Below are positions 19,170 to 28,363 of a stretch of DNA of 64,000 nucleotides, piece after piece. Numbering within the stretch: position 1 is the first letter of the stretch; every line of letters starts with the position of its first letter. Source of the stretch: Abditibacterium sp. (GTDB lineage Bacteria; Armatimonadota; Abditibacteriia; Abditibacteriales; Abditibacteriaceae). The stretch covers positions 2,432,001 through 2,496,000 of the forward strand of contig CBDASK010000003.1 of NCBI GenBank assembly GCA_965199495.1, given 5' to 3'. Made by a program: the position numbers and the translations under genes. The notes beneath the pieces were generated by a model, which ran no database searches, was not told the DNA's origin, and saw only the letters and a list, made by a program, of their open reading frames with translations.

Positions 19170-21104
19170 ATGAATTCATTTGTTCAAATTCAAAACGTTC
19201 GCAAGGCGTTCAAGACCAACAAGGGCGAATACGTCGCTTTGCAAAATATCAATCTCGATGTCGAGCAGGGCGAGTTCGTCGCGTTTATCGGCCATTCGGG
19301 TTGCGGCAAATCTACTCTGCTCAACATGATCGCCGGGCTTTATACGCCAACTTCGGGCAGCGTCAAAGTGGACGGGCGCGAAATCAAGGCGCCCGGCAGC
19401 GACCGCGCGATGGTCTTCCAGAACTATTCGCTGTTGCCGTGGATGAGCGTGCAGGAAAACGTTTTTCAGGCGGTTGATTCGGTTTACGAGAAGAACTTAA
19501 CCGGCGTCGCCAAGCGCGAGTTGGCCGATAAATTCATCGAAATGGTCGGGCTGGGCAAGCACAAAAGCAAACTGCCCGGCCAACTTTCGGGCGGCATGAA
19601 ACAACGCGCCGCCATCGCGCGCGCCTTCGCCACTAAACCCGAAGTTTTGTTGTTGGATGAACCGTTTGGCGCCCTCGACGCCCTCACCAAAGGCGCGCTG
19701 CACGACGAACTTTTGGACATCTGGAACGAATCGGCGCAGGGCGGGCGCAAGCAGACGATTTTCATGGTAACGCACGATATTGACGAAGCGATTTATCTGT
19801 GCGACCGCATCGTGGTCTTCACTAACGGCCCCGCCGCGACCATCGGCGAAGTCATCGAAGTGCCGATTCCGCGTCCGCGCGACAAACGTTCGATGGCGCA
19901 GCTTTCGATTTACGGCGAAATCAAATCGCGTTTGATCGAATTGCTCACGGTCGGTTCGCTCGGCTCGCACAAAAAGGCGCGCGAAACCGGCTCGAAAACG
20001 GTGCGCGTTGGGTTCATCCCGCTCACCGATTGCGCGCCGATTGTGGTGGCCAAAGAACTCGAACTCGATTTCAAATATGGAATCAAAATCGAGCCGGTCA
20101 AAAGTTCGAGTTGGGCGGCGATTCGCGACGATTTAATCACCGGCGATCTGGACGCCGCGCACTGTTTGTGGAGCCTGCCGCTGTCGGTGGCTGCGGGCGT
20201 GACCCAGCCCGCCGGAATGCCGTTGCCCATCGCCATGACGATGGCGTGCAATGGTCAGGCGATTACGCTCTCCAATGAAAATTTCCCGATTCCCTTTGGC
20301 AATTTAAAGCAGTTGCGCGACGCCGTCGGTCTGCTGCGCGAGCGTAAGGGCGAGCCGTTGACGTTCGCCGCGACTTATGTTGGCGGCACGCACGGCATCT
20401 GGCTGCGCACGATGCTCGACGCGGCGGGCGTTTCGCCTGAAGATTATCGCGTGGTAACGATTCCGCCTCCGCAGATGGTTTTGAACCTTCAGGCCGGAAA
20501 CATCGACGGCTTTTCGGCGGGCGAGCCGTGGAACGGTCTGGCCGCCGGGCGCGGCGCTGGTTGGACTTTTATGGCGTCGCAGGACATTTGGCCCGATCAT
20601 CCCGAAAAAGCCTTGGTCGTTTCGCCCGAATTTGCCGACAACAATCGCCCCGCGCTCAAAGCGTTGATGAAAGCGATTTTGGAAGCGTGCCTTTGGCTCG
20701 ACGAGCCGAAGAACTTGAAGCGCGCCGCGCACAAATTGGCTTTGCCCGACTATGTCGGAACCGCGCACGACGTGATTCAGGGCCGCATGGAAGGCCGCTA
20801 CGAGTTGGGCGGCACGGCGGGCACGCGCGTTTACACCGACGACAAATTAGCGTTTTCTAAGGGCGGCACGCTCAACGCGCCGCGCGCCAGTTACGCGCGC
20901 TGGTTCTTCGATCAATACGCCCATTTCGGTCTGCCGATGACGCCCGGTTTCGACGCCGAATCTGCGTCGGAGCAATTGGTTTTGTCGGATTTATACGCCG
21001 AAGTCATCGCCGAAATGAACGACGCCGGTTTCGCTTTGCCTATGTTCACGGACGATGACGCGCTGCCCGTCGTGATGGGCGCGCGCGAGTTGGTTGGCGT
21101 TTGA
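19170..21104 (+). CDS. nrtC: NrtC-type ABC ATPase fused to a C-terminal NrtA-like domain
   Basis: GHSGCGKST, LSGGMKQR, LLDEPFGALD; C-terminal VGFIPLTDCAP...PPPQMV...AGEPWN...HPEK; GGAGG upstream of ATG 19170. Confidence 0.9.
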   Translation: MNSFVQIQNVRKAFKTNKGEYVALQNINLDVEQGEFVAFIGHSGCGKSTLLNMIAGLYTPTSGSVKVDGREIKAPGSDRAMVFQNYSLLPWMSVQENVFQAVDSVYEKNLTGVAKRELADKFIEMVGLGKHKSKLPGQLSGGMKQRAAIARAFATKPEVLLLDEPFGALDALTKGALHDELLDIWNESAQGGRKQTIFMVTHDIDEAIYLCDRIVVFTNGPAATIGEVIEVPIPRPRDKRSMAQLSIYGEIKSRLIELLTVGSLGSHKKARETGSKTVRVGFIPLTDCAPIVVAKELELDFKYGIKIEPVKSSSWAAIRDDLITGDLDAAHCLWSLPLSVAAGVTQPAGMPLPIAMTMACNGQAITLSNENFPIPFGNLKQLRDAVGLLRERKGEPLTFAATYVGGTHGIWLRTMLDAAGVSPEDYRVVTIPPPQMVLNLQAGNIDGFSAGEPWNGLAAGRGAGWTFMASQDIWPDHPEKALVVSPEFADNNRPALKALMKAILEACLWLDEPKNLKRAAHKLALPDYVGTAHDVIQGRMEGRYELGGTAGTRVYTDDKLAFSKGGTLNAPRASYARWFFDQYAHFGLPMTPGFDAESASEQLVLSDLYAEVIAEMNDAGFALPMFTDDDALPVVMGARELVGV

Positions 21105-21108
21105 GGAT

Positions 21109-21267
21109 AACGCATCGCCTGCGTCCGCTCCTGATTCCGTAGGGTCAAAACATGTTTTGACCGCGCCACAAAATTTTGCCTTGCAACGGCAAAGAGGGCG
21201 AACGTTTCTGCGCGGTCAAAACATGTTTTGACCCTACGGAATCAGGAGCGGACGCAGACGATACGTT
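21109..21267. repeat. GTAG-type REP doublet (REPIN-like, family E) with extended outer arms
   Basis: cgtagggtcaaaacatgttttgaccgcg inverted pair inside 57 bp arms with 2 mismatches. Confidence 0.85.
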
Positions 21268-21342
21268 CTGAAATCGCCGGTCTCGAATGCTCCAAAAATT
21301 CCCACAACAGTCGCACCCCGGAAGCCCCCGATTTCCACTCCA

Positions 21343-22851
21343 ATGCACCGATTTCTTCCTCTCTTCTGCTCTGCGACTTTGATTGCTCTGGCTTCGAGTA
21401 GCCACGCCCAGCCAGTAGCCACGCCGGGCACCAACACGCCCGCGCCCGGCCAAACGACCGGCGGCACGCCCGCCGCGTCGGGCCGCCCGGTCGCGCCGCC
21501 GAAACCGTTCTATTCCATCGGCGGTTTCGGATTGTCCGGTTATCTGCGCGTGCGCCCCGAAAACTACGATTGGTTTCGCGTGCCCGGCAAAGACAACAAT
21601 TATACCTTCACCGGCTACCAACTGCGTTTAGCGGGCGTAAAGTCCACGCCCAAACTCGATATTCAACTCGATTTGCAGGCGACGGCTCTAACGTCGGTGC
21701 CCGATAACGCTGTTGGCATCGGTTCGCTTTATCGTAATGCCAACGGCTCGCGCGATGGCGCGATTTCGATTAAGCAAGGTTTCGTGCGCTTCAAAAACGC
21801 GGTTGGCAAAGGCAGCGCCGCGCGTTTGGGACGCTTCGAGTTCAACGAGGGCGTCGAACTCAACAATGCCGACCCGACGCTAACTTTTCTCAAAACGCAG
21901 CGCATCGCGCAGCGTTTGGTGGGCACCTTCGGATTTTCCAATACCGGGCGTTCGTTCGACGGCATTAATTTGTCGGCGCCCGTCGGCAAAACCGGCAATT
22001 TTACCGGCGTCTTGGCGCGCCCGACCGAGGGCGTTTTCAAACTCGAAAGCAACGACAACATTGACGCCACGCAGTTTTTGTATGGCGCTTATTCCAAACC
22101 GTTCACCGGCGGCGAAGGCCGCATCTTTGGCTTGGTCTACGAAGATGGCCGCGAAGCAATTGGAGGCAAGTCGGTCAAAACCGACAATCGCCCGCTCGCC
22201 GCGCGCCAGGCCGATAACGACCGCATTCGCACTTACACGCTGGGCGCCAACGCGATCAAAGTTTTGAATACCGGCGGCGGCAAAGTGGATTTGCTGGCGT
22301 GGGGCGCGCTTCAGGGCGGCGATTGGGGCAAGCTCAAACAGAGCGCCAATGCGTTCGCCCTCGAAGCGGGTTATCAGCCCAAAAATGTGCAATTGAAGCC
22401 GTGGTTTCGCGTCGGTTATTATCGCGCGAGCGGCGACAATAATCCGCTCGACGGCGACCACAACACCTTTCACACGCCGCTCCCGACGCCGCGATTATAT
22501 GCGCGCTATCCGTTTTACAACCTGATGAACAACACCAGCACCTATGCGCAATTGTTGTTGCGACCCAACCCGAAATTGCTGATTCGCTCGGAGTTCCAAA
22601 ACCTGCGTTTGACCAACGCCAACGATTTATTATATTCGGGCGGCGGCCCGTTCAACGATGTCGGGTTTGGCATCGCGGGCACGCCATCGCGCGGCCAGAA
22701 GCGGCTGGGCAATCTGATTGATACCTCGATTGATTACAAGTTTTCTCCAGAAACCAGTCTGGGTTTTTATGTCGGTCAGGTCATAGATTCCAAAGTCTTC
22801 GCCGATCCGAGCAGTCGCTTCGCGTTTCTGGAATTTACGCAGAAGTTTTAG
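21343..22851 (+). CDS. Alginate-export-family outer-membrane beta-barrel (putative nitrate/nitrite porin)
   Basis: Signal peptide; LRVRPENYDWF, RLVG.FGFS..GRSFDG, ASGDNNP.DG..NTF; terminal Phe; located inside the nrt/nas cluster. Confidence 0.75.
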   Translation: MHRFLPLFCSATLIALASSSHAQPVATPGTNTPAPGQTTGGTPAASGRPVAPPKPFYSIGGFGLSGYLRVRPENYDWFRVPGKDNNYTFTGYQLRLAGVKSTPKLDIQLDLQATALTSVPDNAVGIGSLYRNANGSRDGAISIKQGFVRFKNAVGKGSAARLGRFEFNEGVELNNADPTLTFLKTQRIAQRLVGTFGFSNTGRSFDGINLSAPVGKTGNFTGVLARPTEGVFKLESNDNIDATQFLYGAYSKPFTGGEGRIFGLVYEDGREAIGGKSVKTDNRPLAARQADNDRIRTYTLGANAIKVLNTGGGKVDLLAWGALQGGDWGKLKQSANAFALEAGYQPKNVQLKPWFRVGYYRASGDNNPLDGDHNTFHTPLPTPRLYARYPFYNLMNNTSTYAQLLLRPNPKLLIRSEFQNLRLTNANDLLYSGGGPFNDVGFGIAGTPSRGQKRLGNLIDTSIDYKFSPETSLGFYVGQVIDSKVFADPSSRFAFLEFTQKF

Positions 22852-22933
22852 GAAAGGATGAAGGCTGAAGGCTAAAGGATGAAAAATACGCATCCCCAAT
22901 TTTAGCCTTTAGCCTTTATCCTTCAGCCTTTCC
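22851..22933. repeat. Degenerate heptamer palindrome (AAGGATG/AAGGCTG units facing their complements)
   Basis: ggaaaggatgaaggctgaaggctaaaggatgaa ... tttagcctttagcctttatccttcagcctttcc. Confidence 0.75.
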
Positions 22934-22935
22934 CT

Positions 22936-24993
22936 ATGCCAACTCCCACACACTGTCCCTACTGCGCGATGCAATGCGGCATGAACCTGTCGCTTGTCGA
23001 AAACGAGTGGCAGGTTTCGGCGCGCGAGTTTCCGACCAATCGGGGCGGCATGTGTCGCAAAGGCTGGACGAGCGCGCAATTGCTCGAACACCCAGAGCGT
23101 TTGGCGACGCCCTTATTGCGCACCGACAAAAGCCGCCCGTTCGAGCCTGTTTCGTGGGACGAAGCTCTCGATTATATCGTGGCGGTGTGGGATCAAATCG
23201 GCATTCACTTCGGGCGCGCGGCCATCGGCGTCTTTGGCGGCGGCGGTTTGACGAACGAAAAAGCCTATTTGCTGGGCAAGTTCGCGCGCGTGGCTCTGCG
23301 CACGCCCAACATTGATTACAACGGCAGATATTGCATGGCGAGCGCGGCGAGCGCGGCGATTCGCGCGTTTGGCATTGACCGAGGTTTGCCGTTTCCGATG
23401 CAGGACATCGCCAAAACAGACACGGTTTTGTTGGTCGGCTCCAACATCGCCGAGACGATGCCGCCGATTATGCAATGGTTTGAACAATTGCGCGAGAACG
23501 GCGGCCAATTGTTCGTGGTTGACCCACGAGCCACGCCGACGACAAACAGCGCCGACGAGTTTTTGCAAATCACGCCCGGCACCGACATTGTTTTGGCGAA
23601 CGGACTATTATATATCGCCATCGAAGAAGGTTTGATAGACGAAGCATTTATCCAATCGCGCACGCGCGATTGGCCTTTGGCCAAGCAAGCGGCGCTCAAC
23701 TATTATCCGCCCCTCGTCGAGCAACTGACGGGCGTTGACGAGGCGCAGTTGCGCGCCGTTGTGCGAAGATTGGCGAGTGGCAATGCGATGATTCTGACGG
23801 CGCGCGGCGCCGAGCAACACGCCAACGGAACCGATACCGTGCAAGCCTGGATTAATCTGGCGCTCGCGCTGGGCAAAGCGGGCCAGCCCTTGAACGGTTA
23901 CGGCACAATTACTGGGCAGGGTAACGGGCAGGGCGGGCGCGAACACGGGCAAAAAGCCGATCAACTGCCGGGTTATCGCAAAATTGACAATCCGGTTCAC
24001 CGCGCGCAAGTCGCCAAAGTTTGGGGCATCGAACCCGACGAATTGCCCGGCGCGGGCCTCAACGCCTACGATTTGCTCAATTCGATTGGCGAAGCAGACG
24101 GTTTGCGCGCGCTCTTCGTGATGGGATCGAATTTGAGCGTTTCGTCGCCCAATGCTGGACGCATCCGCGATAAGTTGGAGCAACTCGAATTTCTGGTGGT
24201 CAGCGAACTCTTTCTGAGCGAAACCGCGATGCTCGCCGATGTCGTTTTGCCCGCCGCGCAGTGGGCCGAAGAAGAGGGCACGATGACGAATTTGGAGGGC
24301 CGCGTTTTGCGTCGCAAGCGCGCCAAAACTCCGCCCAACGGCGTGTGGAGCGATACCAAAATTCTGGCGCATTTAGCGGACAGAATGGGTTGCGGCGATA
24401 AATTTCCCGCGCGCCCCGCCGATGTTTGGGCCGAACTACGGCGCTGCACGGCGGGCGCCCCGGCGGATTATTCGGGCATTTCGTATGAGCGCATCGAAGC
24501 CGAAGACGGCGTGTTCTGGCCCTGCGCGCGGGGCGAAAACGGCACGCCGCGCATGTTCCTCGATTCGTTCGGCCACGAAGATGGACGCGCGCGCTTTTTC
24601 GCCATCGAATGGTGGGGCGCGCCCGAAACGCCCGACGCGAATTATCCGCTCTACTTCACTACGGGCCGCGTGACGGCGCAGTATCAATCGGGCACACAAA
24701 CGCGGCGTATTTCGGAATTGAACGAAGCGTCGGGGCCGCCGTTCGTTGAAATCAACCCGGCTCTGGCAAGCGAACTGGGCATCGCGGAAGGCGATAATGT
24801 GCGCGTTTCGTCGCGCCGTGGCTGCGCGCTGGGCGTGGCCCGTTTGAGCGAGGCGATTCGCGCCGATACGCTGTTCATGCCGTTTCACTGGGGCGGCGAA
24901 AACACGGCGAATTTGCTGACGATTCCCGCGCTCGATCCAGTCTCGAAGATGCCGGAGTTTAAGTTGTGCGCGGCGAAGATTGAGCGGGTTTGA
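22936..24993 (+). CDS. Assimilatory nitrate reductase catalytic subunit (NasA/NasC/NarB-type, Mo-bisPGD)
   Basis: THCPYCAMQCG..MCRKG [4Fe-4S] motif; NIDYNGRYCM; GQGNGQGGRE; DPVSKMPEFK; nrt context. Confidence 0.9.
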   Translation: MPTPTHCPYCAMQCGMNLSLVENEWQVSAREFPTNRGGMCRKGWTSAQLLEHPERLATPLLRTDKSRPFEPVSWDEALDYIVAVWDQIGIHFGRAAIGVFGGGGLTNEKAYLLGKFARVALRTPNIDYNGRYCMASAASAAIRAFGIDRGLPFPMQDIAKTDTVLLVGSNIAETMPPIMQWFEQLRENGGQLFVVDPRATPTTNSADEFLQITPGTDIVLANGLLYIAIEEGLIDEAFIQSRTRDWPLAKQAALNYYPPLVEQLTGVDEAQLRAVVRRLASGNAMILTARGAEQHANGTDTVQAWINLALALGKAGQPLNGYGTITGQGNGQGGREHGQKADQLPGYRKIDNPVHRAQVAKVWGIEPDELPGAGLNAYDLLNSIGEADGLRALFVMGSNLSVSSPNAGRIRDKLEQLEFLVVSELFLSETAMLADVVLPAAQWAEEEGTMTNLEGRVLRRKRAKTPPNGVWSDTKILAHLADRMGCGDKFPARPADVWAELRRCTAGAPADYSGISYERIEAEDGVFWPCARGENGTPRMFLDSFGHEDGRARFFAIEWWGAPETPDANYPLYFTTGRVTAQYQSGTQTRRISELNEASGPPFVEINPALASELGIAEGDNVRVSSRRGCALGVARLSEAIRADTLFMPFHWGGENTANLLTIPALDPVSKMPEFKLCAAKIERV

Positions 24994-25005
24994 GGTTTAG
25001 AGGGT

Positions 25006-25187
25006 GTTTACGTTTTCCCTCACCCTCACCCTCACCCTAACCCTCTCCCGGAGGGAGAAGGAACTACGCATCGGATAACTATAAGTCGCTTCAACTGACT
25101 TACAAAGTCAGTTCAACGCACTTCTATCTTCCGATGCGTAGTTCCTTCTCCCTCCGGGAGAGGGTTAGGGTGAGGGAAAACGTAAAC
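25006..25187. repeat. Palindromic element family D, copy 2
   Basis: gtttacgttttccctcaccc...ccctaaccctctcccggagggagaaggaactacgcatcgga and reverse arm; left arm has two extra CCCTCA units. Confidence 0.85.
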
Positions 25188-25261
25188 GCTTGCCTTTCCG
25201 AAACACGCCGTTAATCGCATTTGCATCGGACAATTCGCGCGCCGCCGCGCACTTTACCTTT

Positions 25262-26692
25262 ATGTCCCAACGCAAACTTATCGTGATTGGCAACGGCATG
25301 GCCGGAGCGCGCTTGCTCGCCGAATTATTGGCGCGCGGCGGTAGCGAGAAATTCCACATCGTCGTTTTCGGCGACGAACCCGGCGGCGCCTACAACCGCA
25401 TTTTGCTGTCCGATGTTTTGAACGGCTCCAAGGCGCCCGATTCGATTACGACGCATCCGCTCGATTGGTATCAGCGCGGCAACATTGACCTGCGCGCCGG
25501 ACAACGCATCGCGCACATTGACCGCCAAAACCAAACCGTTACCACGGAAAATGGCGTCATTGAATCGTTTGATGAACTGGTTATCGCCACCGGTTCGCGC
25601 TCTCTGGTGCCGCCGCTCGACGGTTTGACCGACGCAAACGGCGAACGCATCAAAGGCGTGTTCGCGATGCGCACACTGGGCGATTGCCACAACATCGCCG
25701 GTTACGCGACCAAAGCAGCGCGCGCCGTCGTGATTGGCGGCGGATTACTCGGCCTCGAAGCCGCGCGTGGCCTGATGCAGCACGGCGCGCAGGTGCATCT
25801 CGTTCATCGTTCGAGCTGTCTGATGAGCGCGCAATTGGATCAAAGCGCCAGCGATTTGCTGCAAAAGCAAATCGAGCAAATGAGCATTTCGGTTCATTTG
25901 AACAAACAAACGGTGGGCGTGATCGGCGATGAGCAAGTGACCGGTTTGACTTTCGCCGATGGCAGCGAATTGAGTTGCGATATGATCGTTTTCGCGTGCG
26001 GCATCGTGCCCAACGTCGAGTTGGCGCGCGAAGCCGGTTTGCCGGTCGAGCGCGCGATTGTAGTTGACGACGGTTTGCAGGTCGCGCCGCATATTTACGC
26101 GGTCGGCGAATGCGCGCAGCATCGCGGGCAAACCTACGGTTTGGTCGCGCCGGTCTGGGAACAGGCGCGCGTTTTGGCGCAACGTTTGAGCGGGCAAAGT
26201 CCCGACGCGATCTATTGTGGCTCCAAAACTTCGACGCGCCTGAAAGTCATGGGCGTCGAACTGGCTTCGATGGGCGAGGCGCGCGAATGCGAGGGCGACG
26301 AAGTGATTCAATACGTCGAGGCGCGCAAAGGGCGTTACAAAAAATTGATTATCCGCGAGGGACGTCTGGCGGGCGCGGTTCTGCTGGGCGACGCCAGCAA
26401 AGCCGCGATGTTGATGCAGATTTTCGAGAGCCAGATGGCATTGCCCGACGAACGCGCGAGTCTGTTTTTCGACATCGGCAAAGCCGCCCCCGCCGACGTG
26501 GCTGTTCTGGCTGACGACGCGACAGTTTGCAATTGCAACGCGGTCAAAGCGGGCACCATTCGTTGCGCCATTAAAGACGGCGCCGCCGATCTGCCCGCGC
26601 TGATGGCAGCCACGCGCGCGGGCACCGGTTGTGGTTCGTGCAAAGGTTTGGCGCGCGAGTTTCTGGCGTGCGGGGCGAAAGTCGCGGCGTAA
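25262..26692 (+). CDS. NasB/NirB-N-terminal-like NAD(P)H:FAD oxidoreductase with one BFD-type [2Fe-2S] domain
   Basis: VIGNGMAG, YNRILLS, VIGGGLLGLE, GECAQH, TRLKV; C-terminal VCNCNAV...GTGCGSC; no siroheme domain. Confidence 0.85.
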   Translation: MSQRKLIVIGNGMAGARLLAELLARGGSEKFHIVVFGDEPGGAYNRILLSDVLNGSKAPDSITTHPLDWYQRGNIDLRAGQRIAHIDRQNQTVTTENGVIESFDELVIATGSRSLVPPLDGLTDANGERIKGVFAMRTLGDCHNIAGYATKAARAVVIGGGLLGLEAARGLMQHGAQVHLVHRSSCLMSAQLDQSASDLLQKQIEQMSISVHLNKQTVGVIGDEQVTGLTFADGSELSCDMIVFACGIVPNVELAREAGLPVERAIVVDDGLQVAPHIYAVGECAQHRGQTYGLVAPVWEQARVLAQRLSGQSPDAIYCGSKTSTRLKVMGVELASMGEARECEGDEVIQYVEARKGRYKKLIIREGRLAGAVLLGDASKAAMLMQIFESQMALPDERASLFFDIGKAAPADVAVLADDATVCNCNAVKAGTIRCAIKDGAADLPALMAATRAGTGCGSCKGLAREFLACGAKVAA

Positions 26693-26694
26693 AC

Positions 26695-26793
26695 CGTAGA
26701 GACACCGACTTGTCGTGTCTAATAAGATTGAAATTGCCTTCGCGTTGAAGCAATTCTAACCTTTATTAGACACGACAAGTCGGTGTCTCTACG
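26695..26793. repeat. GTAG-type REP doublet (REPIN-like, family F)
   Basis: cgtagagacaccgacttgtcgtgtctaataa ... ttattagacacgacaagtcggtgtctctacg. Confidence 0.85.
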
Positions 26794-26841
26794 AGAATTC
26801 TGATTATTGAGCCGCACCGCCGTTGCTACACTAAGTCGCCC

Positions 26842-28293
26842 GTGAGCAACCCGACAATGCAAGATTTTTCCAACACGACCGCCGCCGTCATCGGACTGGC
26901 GCGCGCGGGCGCGCCCGCCGCCCGATTTTTACTGGAGCGCGGCGCTCGCGTTATCGGCTACGATTCCAAAGCGCACGCCGAACTATCCGACGAAGCGCGC
27001 CAACTCGAACGCGATGGCGTGCAAATTTACGCAGGCGAGCATAATTACGAAAACATCGAAACCGCCGATTTAATTATTTTGTCGCCCGGTTTGAAAGTTC
27101 ATTACGAACCGTTGCAAAGCCTCATCGCTCAAGCCGAAGCGCGCGGCGCCGAAGTCATCGGCGAATTGGAATTGGCCTCGCGCTTTTGTCCGTGCCCGAT
27201 GATCGGCGTGACCGGCACCAAAGGCAAAAGCACAACAGTAAAACTCATCACCGAAATGCTGCGCGCCTGCGGCGTGGCTGCTTTCAGCGCGGGCAATACC
27301 GGAACGCCGCTCATCGAAATGTTGCCGCAACTCACGCCCGATTCGTGGGCCGTCGTCGAAGTTTCGAGTTTTCAACTCGAAAAAGCGCCGACGTTCAAAC
27401 CAAAAATCGCGGTTTTGTTATCGCTTTTGGAAGATCATCAAGATTATCATCCGACGCTGGAGCAGTATTGGAAAACCAAGTTGAAATTATTCGCTAATCA
27501 AGATGAAAATGATATTGCGATTTATAATGTCGATGATGTTCGTGTGTTTGAAGAGTGGAAGAAAAGTAATGGAAAATATTTCACTTATGCAAATGCAAAA
27601 AACGAAGACGCAGTTGATATTTTTCCTCAAGAAGCTTTAGTGGCTCCACATACGAAATATTCACTTCACCTCGAATTAGATACATCTAAAGGAGCGATTC
27701 CTATCATCGAACAAGAAAAAGTGCCGCTTAAAGGAATTCATAACCTTTCCAATATTGCTGCTGCAATTGGTGCTGTTGGAAGTGTGCTAAATCTAACGAA
27801 TAAAGACGTTCAAGATTATTGCTCACAAATCGCGGATGCGATTCGCAATTTCCAAGCGTTGCCCCATCGGCTCGAAGTTGTCGCGCGCAAAGACGGCATC
27901 ACTTACGTCAACGATTCGCAGTCCACGATTCCCGATGCTTCGATTGCTGCGTTAAAAAGTTTTCCCGCGCCTGTGACTTTATTGTTGGGCGGCAAAGCGA
28001 AAATCGAGGCCGATTCTTATCGCGCTTTGATGGATGCAGTGCGCGAGTCGGGCGCGAAAATCGGGTTATTTGGCGAGGCGGCGGCGATGTTGGAAGAAGT
28101 GGCGCGCGCGCAAAATGTGAGAGATTTGCAAATAAATCGGGCCAACACGTTGGCAGAGGCGCTCGAATCTGCGAAAATAGAGGCGTCGCCCGGCGAAACT
28201 ATTGTTTTGAGTCCCGCTTGCGCTTCGTTCGATCAGTTCAAATCCTACGAAGATCGCGGCCAAACCTTTCGCGCGCTGGTTGATGCCCTCTAA
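26842..28293 (+). CDS. murD: UDP-N-acetylmuramoyl-L-alanine--D-glutamate ligase
   Basis: IILSPG, GVTGTKGKSTT, EVSSFQL, HRLE, NDS, LSPACASFDQFKSYEDRG; adjacent to ftsW. Confidence 0.92.
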   Translation: MSNPTMQDFSNTTAAVIGLARAGAPAARFLLERGARVIGYDSKAHAELSDEARQLERDGVQIYAGEHNYENIETADLIILSPGLKVHYEPLQSLIAQAEARGAEVIGELELASRFCPCPMIGVTGTKGKSTTVKLITEMLRACGVAAFSAGNTGTPLIEMLPQLTPDSWAVVEVSSFQLEKAPTFKPKIAVLLSLLEDHQDYHPTLEQYWKTKLKLFANQDENDIAIYNVDDVRVFEEWKKSNGKYFTYANAKNEDAVDIFPQEALVAPHTKYSLHLELDTSKGAIPIIEQEKVPLKGIHNLSNIAAAIGAVGSVLNLTNKDVQDYCSQIADAIRNFQALPHRLEVVARKDGITYVNDSQSTIPDASIAALKSFPAPVTLLLGGKAKIEADSYRALMDAVRESGAKIGLFGEAAAMLEEVARAQNVRDLQINRANTLAEALESAKIEASPGETIVLSPACASFDQFKSYEDRGQTFRALVDAL

Positions 28294-28363
28294 ATTATTG
28301 CCCACTTTTTCCCTCGTTTTTACGCGAATGGAAAAACAATTGAATAGCCGTTCTGGAGAACCA

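Noticed and set aside
25262..26692. Call as nitrite reductase NirB or as a pseudogene
   Set aside because: No siroheme domain, clean end after the [2Fe-2S] motif, and no downstream remnant
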